NCBI GenBank assembly: GCA_937997345.1
Contig: CALKTD010000009.1
Location: 66,493-130,492 of the forward strand
Source: an uncultured Atopobium sp.
Lineage (GTDB): Bacteria > Actinomycetota > Coriobacteriia > Coriobacteriales > Atopobiaceae
Length of the DNA: 64,000 nt
Direction of reading: 5' to 3'
The position numbers were made by a program, and so were the translations under genes. The notes under the pieces were generated by a model that worked only from the letters and a program-made list of their open reading frames with translations, did no database searches and was not told the DNA's origin. Positions 29,406 to 39,184 of this stretch are shown piece after piece. How positions within the stretch are numbered: the first letter of the stretch is position 1; every line of letters starts with the position of its first letter.

Positions 29406-30443
29406 TTGAACAAGGTAGAACGCATAGTACAATCCGTTTTGTATGGAAGTGAGTTGCCGGCTCCACGTGAGCTTGGTGATGCCGACTTCTATACATTGCG
29501 TTCTGACTGCTACAAGCAACCTTGCGTGTGCGTGCTTGGTGTCTTCGACGGACTTCATGAGGGCCACCAAGGGCTTCTCGCCAGCGCAAAAAAGGACGCC
29601 GAAGCTCGCAATGTACCACTTGTGGCTGTGACGTTTCTGCCAGACCCTGTTGAGGTACTGTTTGATGGATCTCCTCGGCGATTGCTCTCGGGAGAAGATA
29701 GACTTCGTGCACTTGCCGCATGGGGAGTGGATGGCATCTTGGTGCACCACTTTACCCGCGAGTTTGCGGCATTGAGCGCTACGCAATACGTTGAGGACAA
29801 GCTGCTTTCAAGTGTTTCGGCTGTGTCCGTTCATGTGGGTTCTGACTTTGGCCTGGGCGCACAAGGAGCTGAAGGAAGCGCGTTGCTAACCTCGCTTGGG
29901 CATAAGCATGGCTTTGAAGTTCATGCTCACGAGCTCTTTTGCTCAGGTGGACAGAAAATCTCTGCAACTCGCATTAGGGACTTGCTTGAGCAGGGCAAAG
30001 TTGAGGAAGCAGCAAGCCTGTTGGGCCGCTGGCACTTTGTGAGTGGCGTAGTCAAACACGGTCGAGGCCAGGGTACTGGTTTTGGTTTTCCAACTGCAAA
30101 TGTTTCGCTTGACCTGTGTGATTGCATTCCTCAAGATGGCGTGTATGCGTGTTATGTGGTTCACGGCGCAACAGCATGGCCCGCTGCGGTTAATGTGGGA
30201 AAAGCTCCGTCATTTGAGTCTCAAACAGGACCTTTACTTGAAGCTAACCTCCTAGGTTTTAGCGGCAACTTATATGACTCGCAGGTTCAAACGGTATTTG
30301 TGAAGAGACTGAGGGAATCTAAAAAATTTGATTCACTTGAAGAGCTCAAGTGTGCCGTTCGTGGAAATATAGATTGGGTAGCCCAGAATCTGGGTACGAC
30401 TTCATATAACTTAGGAAGCGGGGAGGTGGAAGATGATAACTGA
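29406..30443 (+). CDS. ribF: Bifunctional riboflavin kinase / FMN adenylyltransferase
   Basis: Motifs GVFDGLHEGHQ, ISATRIR and GRGQGTGFGFPTANV...EANLLGFSGNLY. The TTG start is uncertain. Confidence 0.9.
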   Translation: MNKVERIVQSVLYGSELPAPRELGDADFYTLRSDCYKQPCVCVLGVFDGLHEGHQGLLASAKKDAEARNVPLVAVTFLPDPVEVLFDGSPRRLLSGEDRLRALAAWGVDGILVHHFTREFAALSATQYVEDKLLSSVSAVSVHVGSDFGLGAQGAEGSALLTSLGHKHGFEVHAHELFCSGGQKISATRIRDLLEQGKVEEAASLLGRWHFVSGVVKHGRGQGTGFGFPTANVSLDLCDCIPQDGVYACYVVHGATAWPAAVNVGKAPSFESQTGPLLEANLLGFSGNLYDSQVQTVFVKRLRESKKFDSLEELKCAVRGNIDWVAQNLGTTSYNLGSGEVEDDN

Positions 30444-32415
30444 CGAAGATAAAGAGCGCGTAAGACAAGCCACAGATTTTGTCACGCTTGTTTCCGAGAC
30501 AGTTGAGCTAAAACCCCGAGGTCAGGACTATTGGGGATGCTGTCCTTTCCACCAAGAAAAAAGCCCTTCATTCAAGATAAATCCTTCTACGGGTCTCTGG
30601 CACTGCTTTGGCGCTTGCTCCGAAGGTGGAGACGTCTTTAGCTATGTCATGAAGCGAGAAAATCTAGATTTTCCTGACGCTATCAGATATCTTGCCGATA
30701 AAGCTGGAATTACCCTTTCAGAAGAGGCTCATGTTTCTAAGGGTCCCCGCAAGAATCGCGTAATTGAGTGCCTTACCGAGGCCGAGAATTACTTCCACTC
30801 CATGCTTATGCGCGGAAGGGGAGAAGGCCCTGAGGCGGCGCGTGCATATCTTTCTGGTCGCGGATTTGGAGCGGCTGTCTGCAAGCGTTGGAAGCTGGGA
30901 TATGCTCCTGGCAGAGGTGCGCTTGTAGCGCACTTGCGAAAATGTGGCTACACCACGCAAGAGATGATTGCTGCAAACCTTGCTGTCGAGCGTAACGGTC
31001 GCATCAGCGACTGGTTCTATGATCGAGTGATGTTTCCTATTCATGATGAGCAGGGAAGAACTATTGCTTTTGGCGGTCGAATTACTAAAAAGGTAGAAAA
31101 CGCTCCTAAGTACCTTAATACCAGGGACACTTCTGTCTTTAATAAAGGTAAACACCTCTTTGCCTACGATGTTGCAAAAGAGACTATTGCTGCCCAGTCC
31201 GAAGCCATTATTTGCGAGGGCTACACTGACGTTATTGCCATGCATGAGGCTGGTTTTACCAACACTGTGGCAGCTTTAGGCACTGCATTTACGTCTGAGC
31301 ACGTCAAACTCATCGATCGCCAGCGTGCACGCAAAATCATTTGCATGTTTGATGGTGATGCTGCAGGTCAACACGCTGCTGCTCGTGCCATTAAGTTTAT
31401 CGATAAAACAACCGCTGCGTTTCTCTGTGTTGTTTTGCCAAATAACCAGGACCCCATGGAGTTTCTCGCCGAATCAGGTGCAGAAAAGCTACGTCCTATC
31501 TTAGATGCAGCTCGCCCGCTTATGGACTTTGTCTTTGATGCCACAACAGCTCAGTTTGACTTATCTGTACCCGGTGGTCGAGTCAAAGCGCTTGAGGCTT
31601 TAGCGTCTCTGTTGGCCCCGCTCAAGACATCGGTGCTGCTGAGCGAGTATGCACTTCGTGTGTCCGATTTGCTTCATATTGATGTCGAGGAAGCAAAGCG
31701 CGCAATTAAGGCCGCGCCTATTCAAGATGACGCGGCAGATTCGCACACTTCAAAGATGGCGCGCAAACAGCCTCAGAAGAACATCTATACCTCTTCGTAT
31801 AATTCTGCTCCTAAAACTTCAGCTTATGCCGAGGGTCCTTCATACGATGATGTTCTACCGTATGACGAGGCGCCACCATATGATGATCCTTCATCGTATA
31901 GCGTTTCTGTCGATACGTATGAGCCACGAGGCTCACAGGGTCTCTCCGCAGAAGATCGCAGGCAGGTTAACTCAGAGCTTGAGCTCTTAAGTGCTATGGC
32001 AACAAATTTGTCTTTAGTGCGAGAGTATCAAGACCGTATTGCAGACTTTGTCTGGGCCGATGCTCGTCATCAAACCATGGCATGGGCCATGCTTGCTACT
32101 CCAGAGGGCGCTACGCCAGCGCAGGTTGTTGCCGCAGCTGCAGCTGTTGAGCCAAATGCAGCGGCCATTCTTTCGTCTGGTCGCGTAATAGCTGAGGGCA
32201 ACTCCGATACACGTCGCTCGCTTGAGTTTATTGTGGACACCGTTGACTACTACTCCGTACAGCGTAAATTGCGAGAAATTCGATCCAACCTACGCTCCAG
32301 TTCTTATGCAGGGGAGTCTTCAAGCGGAGCACTTGCTGAAGAGCAACTTGCTGCTGCACAGGAGCTTCAGACACGAGCGCTTGAACTAGGCAAGAGGTTT
32401 ACTTCGGGGCAGTAG
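30433..32415 (+). CDS. dnaG: DNA primase
   Basis: CHC2 zinc finger [26 protein letters not shown] and TOPRIM motifs EGYTDV and FDGDAAG, with a low-complexity linker ([17 protein letters not shown]). Confidence 0.93.
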   Translation: [660 protein letters not shown]

Positions 32416-32536
32416 AAAATACTCATTTTATGAGGATGCTACTCATCTGATTTTTTATAAATTACAATGAGTAGTTTGATTAGGTAGAGAAACTTTTGGG
32501 TATAAAAACTTGCGCTAATCTATCGAAAGGATATTT

Positions 32537-33904
32537 GTGGCTGCAAAAAAGGCAAATGAAGAGGTCAAACTCTCAGATGAGCTTACTAAAATTGTTGATG
32601 ATCTGGTAAGTTCTTCAAAGTCTAACGGTAGTATCAGCGAAGACGATATTCAGGTTGCCATTCGTGACGTTGACGTTAACGATGATGAGCTTTCTGATCT
32701 GTACGATTCGCTGCGCGTTAAAGGTGTAGAGATTACTACCGCATCTGAAGCAACCGTTTCTTTCGCTATTGAAGATGACGCTGTAGAGGATGATTTTTCA
32801 TCCGATGATGACTTGGATGACTCCTCTGATTTTGAAGATGAAGATGATGAAGATTTTGATGCCGCAAATGAGGCGCGTGAGGTCAAAGAGGCCCTCCGCT
32901 CTGTTTCTAAGGCAAAAGTCTCTAAGCCAAAACGTTCTTCTCGCGCTCGTGCTCGTCGCTCAGATACCACCACGGTTATGCTTACCGGCGATCCTGTCCG
33001 CATGTATCTTAAAGAGATTGGTAAGGTAGACCTGCTTACTGCATCAGAAGAGGTTCACCTTGCTATGAAGATTGAGGCAGGTACTGCAGCTTCCCAGAAG
33101 CTGGAGGACTTTGAGGATGGCCTTATCGAGCTCAACCGTGCAGAGCAGCGCCGCCTTATGCGCATTGAGTCTGTAGGACTTGACGCTAAACAACAGCTTA
33201 TTTCTGCAAACCTTCGTCTTGTTGTTTCAATTGCAAAGCGTTATGTTGGCCGCGGCATGCTGTTCCTCGATCTTATTCAAGAAGGTAACCTGGGCCTTAT
33301 TCGTGCTGTCGAGAAGTTCGACTACACCAAGGGCTTTAAGTTTTCAACGTATGCTACGTGGTGGATTCGTCAGGCAATTACTCGCGCTATTGCAGATCAG
33401 GCTCGTACTATTCGTATTCCTGTTCACATGGTAGAGACCATCAATAAGCTCATCCGTGTTCAGCGTCAGCTTCTGCAAGATCTTGGTAGAGATCCTTCTC
33501 CAGAAGAGATTGGTGCAGAAATGGGCATGTCTCCTGACCGCGTCCGCGAGATTCAGAAGATTAGTCAGGAACCTGTCTCTCTTGAGACGCCTATTGGTGA
33601 AGAAGAAGATTCCCAGCTTGGAGACTTTATTGAGGACTCTTCAGCTGTTGCTCCACCAGACGCAGCTTCTGATTCAATGCTTCGTGAGCAGCTTGAGCAG
33701 GTTCTTGACGGCCTTGCTGATCGTGAGCGTAAGGTCATTAAGTTCCGCTTTGGTCTTGAGGACGGTCACCCTCGCACCCTTGAAGAGGTAGGCAAGGAGT
33801 TTGGCGTTACGCGTGAGCGTATTCGTCAGATTGAGTCCAAGACTTTGGCAAAGCTTCGTCATCCTTCTAGGTCCGGTCGTCTTAAGGACTACATGGAGGA
33901 GTAG
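32537..33904 (+). CDS. rpoD: Primary RNA polymerase sigma factor (SigA/RpoD)
   Basis: Acidic N-terminus, region 2 [41 protein letters not shown], and region 4.2 [24 protein letters not shown]. Confidence 0.95.
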   Translation: MAAKKANEEVKLSDELTKIVDDLVSSSKSNGSISEDDIQVAIRDVDVNDDELSDLYDSLRVKGVEITTASEATVSFAIEDDAVEDDFSSDDDLDDSSDFEDEDDEDFDAANEAREVKEALRSVSKAKVSKPKRSSRARARRSDTTTVMLTGDPVRMYLKEIGKVDLLTASEEVHLAMKIEAGTAASQKLEDFEDGLIELNRAEQRRLMRIESVGLDAKQQLISANLRLVVSIAKRYVGRGMLFLDLIQEGNLGLIRAVEKFDYTKGFKFSTYATWWIRQAITRAIADQARTIRIPVHMVETINKLIRVQRQLLQDLGRDPSPEEIGAEMGMSPDRVREIQKISQEPVSLETPIGEEEDSQLGDFIEDSSAVAPPDAASDSMLREQLEQVLDGLADRERKVIKFRFGLEDGHPRTLEEVGKEFGVTRERIRQIESKTLAKLRHPSRSGRLKDYMEE

Positions 33905-33970
33905 TTTTTTAGTTTAGGTATGCGAAAGATTGTGCAAGAGGAATTTGAATAAATTTTTTCTAAATAATGC

Positions 33971-33999
33971 TTGCATGGTTTGGAATGTCTCTCTATACT
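33971..33999 (+). promoter_or_regulatory. Sigma-70-type promoter for tRNA-Asn
   Basis: TTGCAT, a 17-nt spacer, then TATACT. It ends 27 nt upstream of the tRNA 5' end. Confidence 0.45.
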
Positions 34000-34025
34000 T
34001 AAACACCGCTGAGAAGCACACATAT

Positions 34026-34100
34026 TCCCCGATGGCGCAGCGGTAGCGCAGCTGACTGTTAATCAGCGTGTCGCAGGTTCGAATCCTGCTCGGGGAGCCA
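34026..34100 (+). tRNA. tRNA-Asn (anticodon GTT), CCA encoded
   Basis: Acceptor stem TCCCCGA/TCGGGGA, D-arm GCGCAGCGGTAGCGC, anticodon loop CTGTTAA, T-arm GCAGGTTCGAATCCTGC, and 3' GCCA. Confidence 0.93.
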
Positions 34101-34110
34101 GAATTTTCAA

Positions 34111-34136
34111 GACCAGGCAGTGCCTGGTCTTTTTTG
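34111..34136 (+). terminator. Intrinsic terminator after tRNA-Asn
   Basis: GACCAGGCA-g-TGCCTGGTC followed by TTTTTTG. Confidence 0.8.
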
Positions 34137-34350
34137 TTTGAAGAACTGTTCTGCTTTTCTCGTATTACCAGCTGATTTTTATTTACAGATTTGAAGAGGA
34201 TGATTTTCTCGACAATTTAGTCATTTGACCGTTTTTTCTTTATTTATCCTCAAAAACTTCAAAATTGATACCGCAAAAGGTACAAAACATAACGCTTACG
34301 GTGTTTCTACAACCGTTGAGCGACATCTCATAAAGAGCTGTGATGAGATT

Positions 34351-34365
34351 TGTTAACGTACTCAT
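34351..34365 (+). promoter_or_regulatory. Candidate LacI/GalR-type operator upstream of the mgl-like operon
   Basis: TGTTAACGTACTCAT. An identical copy lies at 43743-43757, and a copy with a single A/T difference lies in reverse orientation at 43930-43944. It has the central CG typical of LacI-family operators. Confidence 0.5.
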
Positions 34366-34396
34366 TAAGGTCAGTGTTATGCAAAAGGCATAACAA

Positions 34397-35698
34397 ATGA
34401 GAAAGGTCACTACTATGGATGTGTCTCGTCGCAGTTTTCTAAAGTTCTGTGGTCTGGGCGTTCTTAGCGTTGGTGGATCTAGCGTTCTTGCAGCTTGCGC
34501 ACCTAGCGAGAAAAAAGAGGATACCGCTAAAAACACAAAGGTAGAGAACAAGGATAAGCCTGTTGTCTTCTTTAACCGTCAGCCTTCCAACAGCTCAACT
34601 GGTGAACTTGATACTAACACCCTTAACTTCAACAAGGATACCTATTACGTTGGCTTTGATGCAGTTCAGGGCGCAGAGCTCCAGGGTAAGATGGTTCTTG
34701 ATTACATCAAGGCTCATGCAGCTGAGCTTGATCGCAACAAGGACGGCATTATTGGTTACGTTCTTGCAATTGGTGACATTGGTCACAATGACTCTATCGC
34801 TCGTACTCGTGGTGTTCGTAAGGCACTTGGTACTGGCATTGAGAAGGATGGCAAGATTATTTCTGATCCAGTAGGTACTAACACCGATGGCTCTGCTTCT
34901 GTTGTTCAGGATGGTAAGCTTGAGGTTGGTGGCAAGTCCTATACTATCCGTGAGCTTGCTTCTCAGGAGATGAAGAATACTGCTGGTGCAACATGGGATG
35001 CTGCAACCGCTGGTAATGCAATTGCTGCTTGGTCTTCTTCCTTCGGTGATCAGATTGATGTTGTTGTTTCCAATAACGACGGTATGGGCATGTCCATCTT
35101 CAACGCATGGTCAAAGGCTCAGAAGGTCCCAACCTTTGGTTACGACGCTAACTCTGACGCTGTTGCAGCTATTGCTGACGGCTATGCAGGCACCATTTCC
35201 CAGCACCCAGACGTTCAGGCTTACCTGACTCTCCGTCTGCTCCGCAACGCTCTTGACGGCGCTGATATCAACACCGGCATTGAGTCCGCAGACGACGCTG
35301 GCAACAAGATTGACTCCAAGGACTACAAGTATGTTGCAGAGCAGCGTTCTTACTACGCTCTCAACCTTGCAGTTACCGTTGAGAACTACAAGGACAACCT
35401 TGACGCAACCACTACTTACAAGGATGCTTCTGCTCAGCTGAGCGCAGACAAGCACCCAGAGAAGAAGGTTTGGCTCAACACCTACAACTCTGGCGACAAC
35501 TTCCTTGGTTCAACCTATGTACCACTGCTCAAGAAATATGCTCCACTGCTCAACCTTAACGTTGAGTTCATCGCAGGCGATGGTCAGACTGAGTCCAACA
35601 TTACTAACCGTCTTGGCAACCCTGACGAGTACGATGCATTTGCATTCAACATGGTTAAGACCGACAACGGTTCTTCCTATACCCAGCTACTTAAGTAA
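34397..35698 (+). CDS. Sugar (galactose/glucose-type) ABC transporter substrate-binding lipoprotein with a Tat-like signal
   Basis: Signal SRRSFLKFCGLGVLSVGGSSVLAAC (twin-Arg plus lipobox). The periplasmic-binding-protein type-1 body resembles MglB/ChvE-type proteins. An alternative start is the ATG at 34415. Confidence 0.85.
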   Translation: MRKVTTMDVSRRSFLKFCGLGVLSVGGSSVLAACAPSEKKEDTAKNTKVENKDKPVVFFNRQPSNSSTGELDTNTLNFNKDTYYVGFDAVQGAELQGKMVLDYIKAHAAELDRNKDGIIGYVLAIGDIGHNDSIARTRGVRKALGTGIEKDGKIISDPVGTNTDGSASVVQDGKLEVGGKSYTIRELASQEMKNTAGATWDAATAGNAIAAWSSSFGDQIDVVVSNNDGMGMSIFNAWSKAQKVPTFGYDANSDAVAAIADGYAGTISQHPDVQAYLTLRLLRNALDGADINTGIESADDAGNKIDSKDYKYVAEQRSYYALNLAVTVENYKDNLDATTTYKDASAQLSADKHPEKKVWLNTYNSGDNFLGSTYVPLLKKYAPLLNLNVEFIAGDGQTESNITNRLGNPDEYDAFAFNMVKTDNGSSYTQLLK

Positions 35699-35724
35699 TT
35701 AAGTAGTCGATAGCACGAAATAAT

Positions 35725-35755
35725 ACCGGAGGGGAGACACCTACTCTCCTCCGGT
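35725..35755 (+). terminator. Intercistronic stem-loop after the binding-protein gene (partial terminator or mRNA stabiliser)
   Basis: 12-bp stem ACCGGAGGGGAG/CTCTCCTCCGGT with one G-U pair and a 7-nt loop. No U-tract follows. Confidence 0.45.
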
Positions 35756-35802
35756 GTTCTCGCGAATAAGCGCAATAACTTAGCGAGATAAGGGGTGATT
35801 AC

Positions 35803-37311
35803 ATGGCAGATACAGAAAACGATATTGTTCTAACAATTGATGGAATGAGCAAGTCCTTTGGACGTAACCGCGTTCTGGATCACATTTCAATGAACGTACG
35901 CCGTGGAACCGTTATGGGTCTTATGGGAGAGAACGGCGCAGGCAAATCTACCATGATGAAGTGCCTGTTTGGTACGTATCAAAAAGATGAAGGCAAGATA
36001 TTTCTTGACGGCAAAGAGGTTAATTTCTCTGGACCAAAAGACGCACTTGAGAATGGCGTCGCAATGGTTCACCAGGAGCTTAACCAGTGCCTTGATAGAA
36101 ATGTTGTAGATAACTTGTTCCTTGGTCGCTATCCCGTTAATGCAATGGGTGTTGTCGACGAGGGACGCATGAAAAAAGAGGCTAACGAGCTCTTCAGGCG
36201 TCTTGGTATGACCGTAGACCTGACACAGCCTATGAAGAACATGTCAGTTTCTCAGCGTCAGATGTGTGAGATTGCAAAGGCAATTTCTTACAACGCTAAG
36301 ATTATTGTTCTTGATGAGCCTACTTCTTCACTTATGACTCAAGAGGTTGAGAAACTCTTTGAGATGATTCACATGCTCAAAGAGCAGGGAATTTCTTTGG
36401 TCTACATCTCTCACAAGATGGATGAGATCTTTGAGATTTGCGACGACATTTCAGTTCTTCGTGACGGTAAGCTTGTTATGACCAAGCGCTCAAATGAAAC
36501 CAACATGAATGAGCTTATCTCTGCAATGGTCGGTCGCTCACTTGAGAACCGCTTCCCAGATGTTACTAACACACCTGGTAAGACATATCTTTCTATTCAG
36601 CACCTTTCAACTAAATATGAGCCATACCTTCAGGACGTCACCTTTGATGTAAAGAAGGGTGAGATTTTTGGTCTGTATGGTCTTGTCGGCGCTGGTAGAA
36701 CTGAGCTTCTGGAAACAATCTTTGGTGTAAGAACCAGAGCTGCCGGTCGTGTCTACGTCAACGAGCACCTTATGAACTTCTCGACAGCTGCAGAGGCAAT
36801 GGATCACGGTTTTGCCATGATTACCGAGGAGCGTAAGGCAAACGGTCTGTTCCTTAAGGGTGACCTGACGTTTAACACAACCATTGCAAACTTGAACCAG
36901 TACAAGGCTGGTCCAATCCTTTCTGATCCTAAGATGACTAAGGCTACCGTCAACGAGCTCAAGGTTATGAATACCAAGGCTCAGGGTCCATCAGATTTGA
37001 TTTCAAGTCTTTCTGGTGGTAACCAGCAGAAAGTCATTTTTGGTAAATGGCTTGAGCGCTATCCTCAGGTTTTTCTGATGGACGAGCCTACTCGTGGTAT
37101 TGATGTTGGTGCTAAATATGAGATCTACCAGCTCATTATTGATATGGCTAAGAGCGGTACCACTATTATTGTAGTCTCTTCGGAGATGCCAGAGATTCTG
37201 GGAATTACCAACCGTATTGGCGTTATGTCAAACGGTAGACTCTCGGGCATCGTAAATACCAACGAGACAAATCAAGAAGAACTCCTGCGCCTCAGCGCAA
37301 AGTACCTGTAG
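35803..37311 (+). CDS. mglA: Sugar ABC transporter ATP-binding protein (duplicated cassette, MglA-type)
   Basis: Two NBDs. The first has GENGAGKSTMMK, LSVSQRQ and VLDEPTSSL. The second has LSGGNQQK and FLMDEPTRGID. Confidence 0.93.
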   Translation: MADTENDIVLTIDGMSKSFGRNRVLDHISMNVRRGTVMGLMGENGAGKSTMMKCLFGTYQKDEGKIFLDGKEVNFSGPKDALENGVAMVHQELNQCLDRNVVDNLFLGRYPVNAMGVVDEGRMKKEANELFRRLGMTVDLTQPMKNMSVSQRQMCEIAKAISYNAKIIVLDEPTSSLMTQEVEKLFEMIHMLKEQGISLVYISHKMDEIFEICDDISVLRDGKLVMTKRSNETNMNELISAMVGRSLENRFPDVTNTPGKTYLSIQHLSTKYEPYLQDVTFDVKKGEIFGLYGLVGAGRTELLETIFGVRTRAAGRVYVNEHLMNFSTAAEAMDHGFAMITEERKANGLFLKGDLTFNTTIANLNQYKAGPILSDPKMTKATVNELKVMNTKAQGPSDLISSLSGGNQQKVIFGKWLERYPQVFLMDEPTRGIDVGAKYEIYQLIIDMAKSGTTIIVVSSEMPEILGITNRIGVMSNGRLSGIVNTNETNQEELLRLSAKYL

Positions 37312-37326
37312 GAGAGGATGATATAA

Positions 37327-38982
37327 ATGCCAAAAACAGGTGGATCTGTTCTGACGGCCGAGCAGGAAAAAGAGCTGCTAAAGCCTATTGATCAGAAGAT
37401 TGGTTCCATTCAGGCTCAGATTGATGAGCTTCGTGCAAATGGTACCAACAAGGTAATTTCAACACTGAGCGCAATTGAGTCTGCAAAGCGTGATAAGTCT
37501 ATCTCTGCAGAAGAGCGCAACACGCTTATCGAGGGCTACAAGGCTGAGCTGGAGCTTGCCAAGAAGGTTGAGTCTGAGAATAGCGCCCAGGTCTCCCAGC
37601 TTATTGCAGAGGCCGAGACTTATCTCAAGGAGCACTACAAGAGCGAGTACTTGGAGCCTGTAAAGGCTAGCTGTGCTCTTGAGAAGGAGCAGGCTAAGCA
37701 GAACTACACTGCTGCTCTTGAGCGCCTCAAGAAGGAGCATGAAGAGGCTATCAGCAAGACTTCTGATGCTCAGGAAATCAAGGACGAGAAGTACGTTTAT
37801 AAGAACCGTCAGTTTGATGCTAAGGTCAACTATCAGAAAGACCTTCAGCGCATCAAAGACCGTGCTCATAATGCGTTCAGTCACGAGTACCACCTTATCG
37901 ACCTTCTCAGGATGTCTAAGTTCACTCCACTGGAGTCTCAGGCTCAGAAGTGGGAGAACTACAAGTACACCTTTAACACCCGTTCATTCTTGCTTCAGAA
38001 CGGCTTGTACATTGTTATTCTCCTAGTGTTTATCGCTCTTTGTATCATTACTCCAGCAGTTAAGGGCACTCAGCTTCTGACATACTCCAACGTCATCAAC
38101 ATTCTTCAGCAGGCATCACCTCGAATGTTCCTGGCTCTTGGCGTAGCTGGCCTGATCCTGCTTACTGGTACCGACCTTTCCATTGGTCGTATGGTTGGTA
38201 TGGGCATGACCGCTTCAACCATCATCATGCACCAGGGTATCAATACTGGTCAGGTCTTTGGCATTACGTTTGACCTTACTGGTATTCCAATTCCTGTCAG
38301 AATCATCATGGCTCTGGTTACCTGTATTGTTCTCTGCACCTGCTTTACCAGTATCGCTGGTTTCTTTACCGCTAAGTTTAAGATGCACCCATTCATCTCG
38401 ACCATGGCTAACATGCTGATTATCTTTGGTATTGTTACCTATGCAACAAAGGGCGTTTCTTTTGGTGCTATCGAGCCATCTATTCCAGACATGGTCATTC
38501 CACGAATTGGTAAATTCCCATCCATCATTTTGTGGGCAATCGCAGCTATTGCTATTGTTTGGTTCATCTGGAACAAGACCACTTTTGGTAAAAACCTCTA
38601 CGCTGTAGGTGGAAACCCTGAGGCAGCAGCTGTTTCTGGTATCTCAGTCTTTAGAGTTATGGTTGGCGCTTTTGTCATGGCTGGTATCCTCTACGGATTT
38701 GGTTCATGGCTCGAGTGTATGCGTATGGTCGGCTCTGGCTCTGCAGCTTACGGCCAGGGTTGGGACATGGACGCAATCGCAGCCTGCGTCGTTGGTGGCG
38801 TCTCGTTTACTGGTGGTATTGGTAAGATCTCCGGTGTTACCGTGGGTGTTCTTATCTTCACCGCACTGACGTATGCGCTGACCATTCTTGGTATCGACAC
38901 CAACCTTCAGTTTGTCTTCTCGGGCGTCATTATTCTGACCGCAGTTACCCTTGACTGCTTGAAGTACGTTCAGAAGAAGTAG
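37327..38982 (+). CDS. Sugar ABC transporter permease (MglC-type) with a ~200-aa N-terminal coiled-coil-like extension
   Basis: From about residue 205 the sequence (FLLQNGLYIVILLVF...GTDLSIGRMVG...NLYAVGGNPEAAAVSGI) matches the MglC/RbsC permease family. Residues 1-200 are Glu/Lys/Ala/Gln-rich with no TM segment. An AGGAGAGGA RBS precedes the ATG at 37327. Confidence 0.85.
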   Translation: MPKTGGSVLTAEQEKELLKPIDQKIGSIQAQIDELRANGTNKVISTLSAIESAKRDKSISAEERNTLIEGYKAELELAKKVESENSAQVSQLIAEAETYLKEHYKSEYLEPVKASCALEKEQAKQNYTAALERLKKEHEEAISKTSDAQEIKDEKYVYKNRQFDAKVNYQKDLQRIKDRAHNAFSHEYHLIDLLRMSKFTPLESQAQKWENYKYTFNTRSFLLQNGLYIVILLVFIALCIITPAVKGTQLLTYSNVINILQQASPRMFLALGVAGLILLTGTDLSIGRMVGMGMTASTIIMHQGINTGQVFGITFDLTGIPIPVRIIMALVTCIVLCTCFTSIAGFFTAKFKMHPFISTMANMLIIFGIVTYATKGVSFGAIEPSIPDMVIPRIGKFPSIILWAIAAIAIVWFIWNKTTFGKNLYAVGGNPEAAAVSGISVFRVMVGAFVMAGILYGFGSWLECMRMVGSGSAAYGQGWDMDAIAACVVGGVSFTGGIGKISGVTVGVLIFTALTYALTILGIDTNLQFVFSGVIILTAVTLDCLKYVQKK

Positions 38983-39115
38983 CAAGGTTCCCGCGGCGCG
39001 CAGCGCTCGCAGCAAGTGCGGAAACGTGGCTGCGCCGAATGCCGTAAGTGCGGAAACACAGCGGCGCATACACAGGACCGCGAGGCGGAAAAGCGTGCTA
39101 TCACGTGCTAGTTTC

Positions 39116-39147
39116 GAGGCGTCTACTTACGTAGACGCCTCTTTTTT
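39116..39147 (+). terminator. Intrinsic terminator of the mgl-like operon
   Basis: GAGGCGTCTAC-ttac-GTAGACGCCTC followed by TTTTTT. Confidence 0.85.
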
Positions 39148-39184
39148 GGCGAAAGACAGCGCTTGCACGTTAAGGAAAAGTGAC

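Noticed and set aside
32416-32536. ACTCAT/ATGAGTAG inverted repeats between dnaG and rpoD that share a hexamer with the GalR-type operator.
   Set aside because: Only the ACTCAT half matches; the TGTTAACG half and the central CG are absent. They are more simply explained as dnaG terminator-like hairpins.
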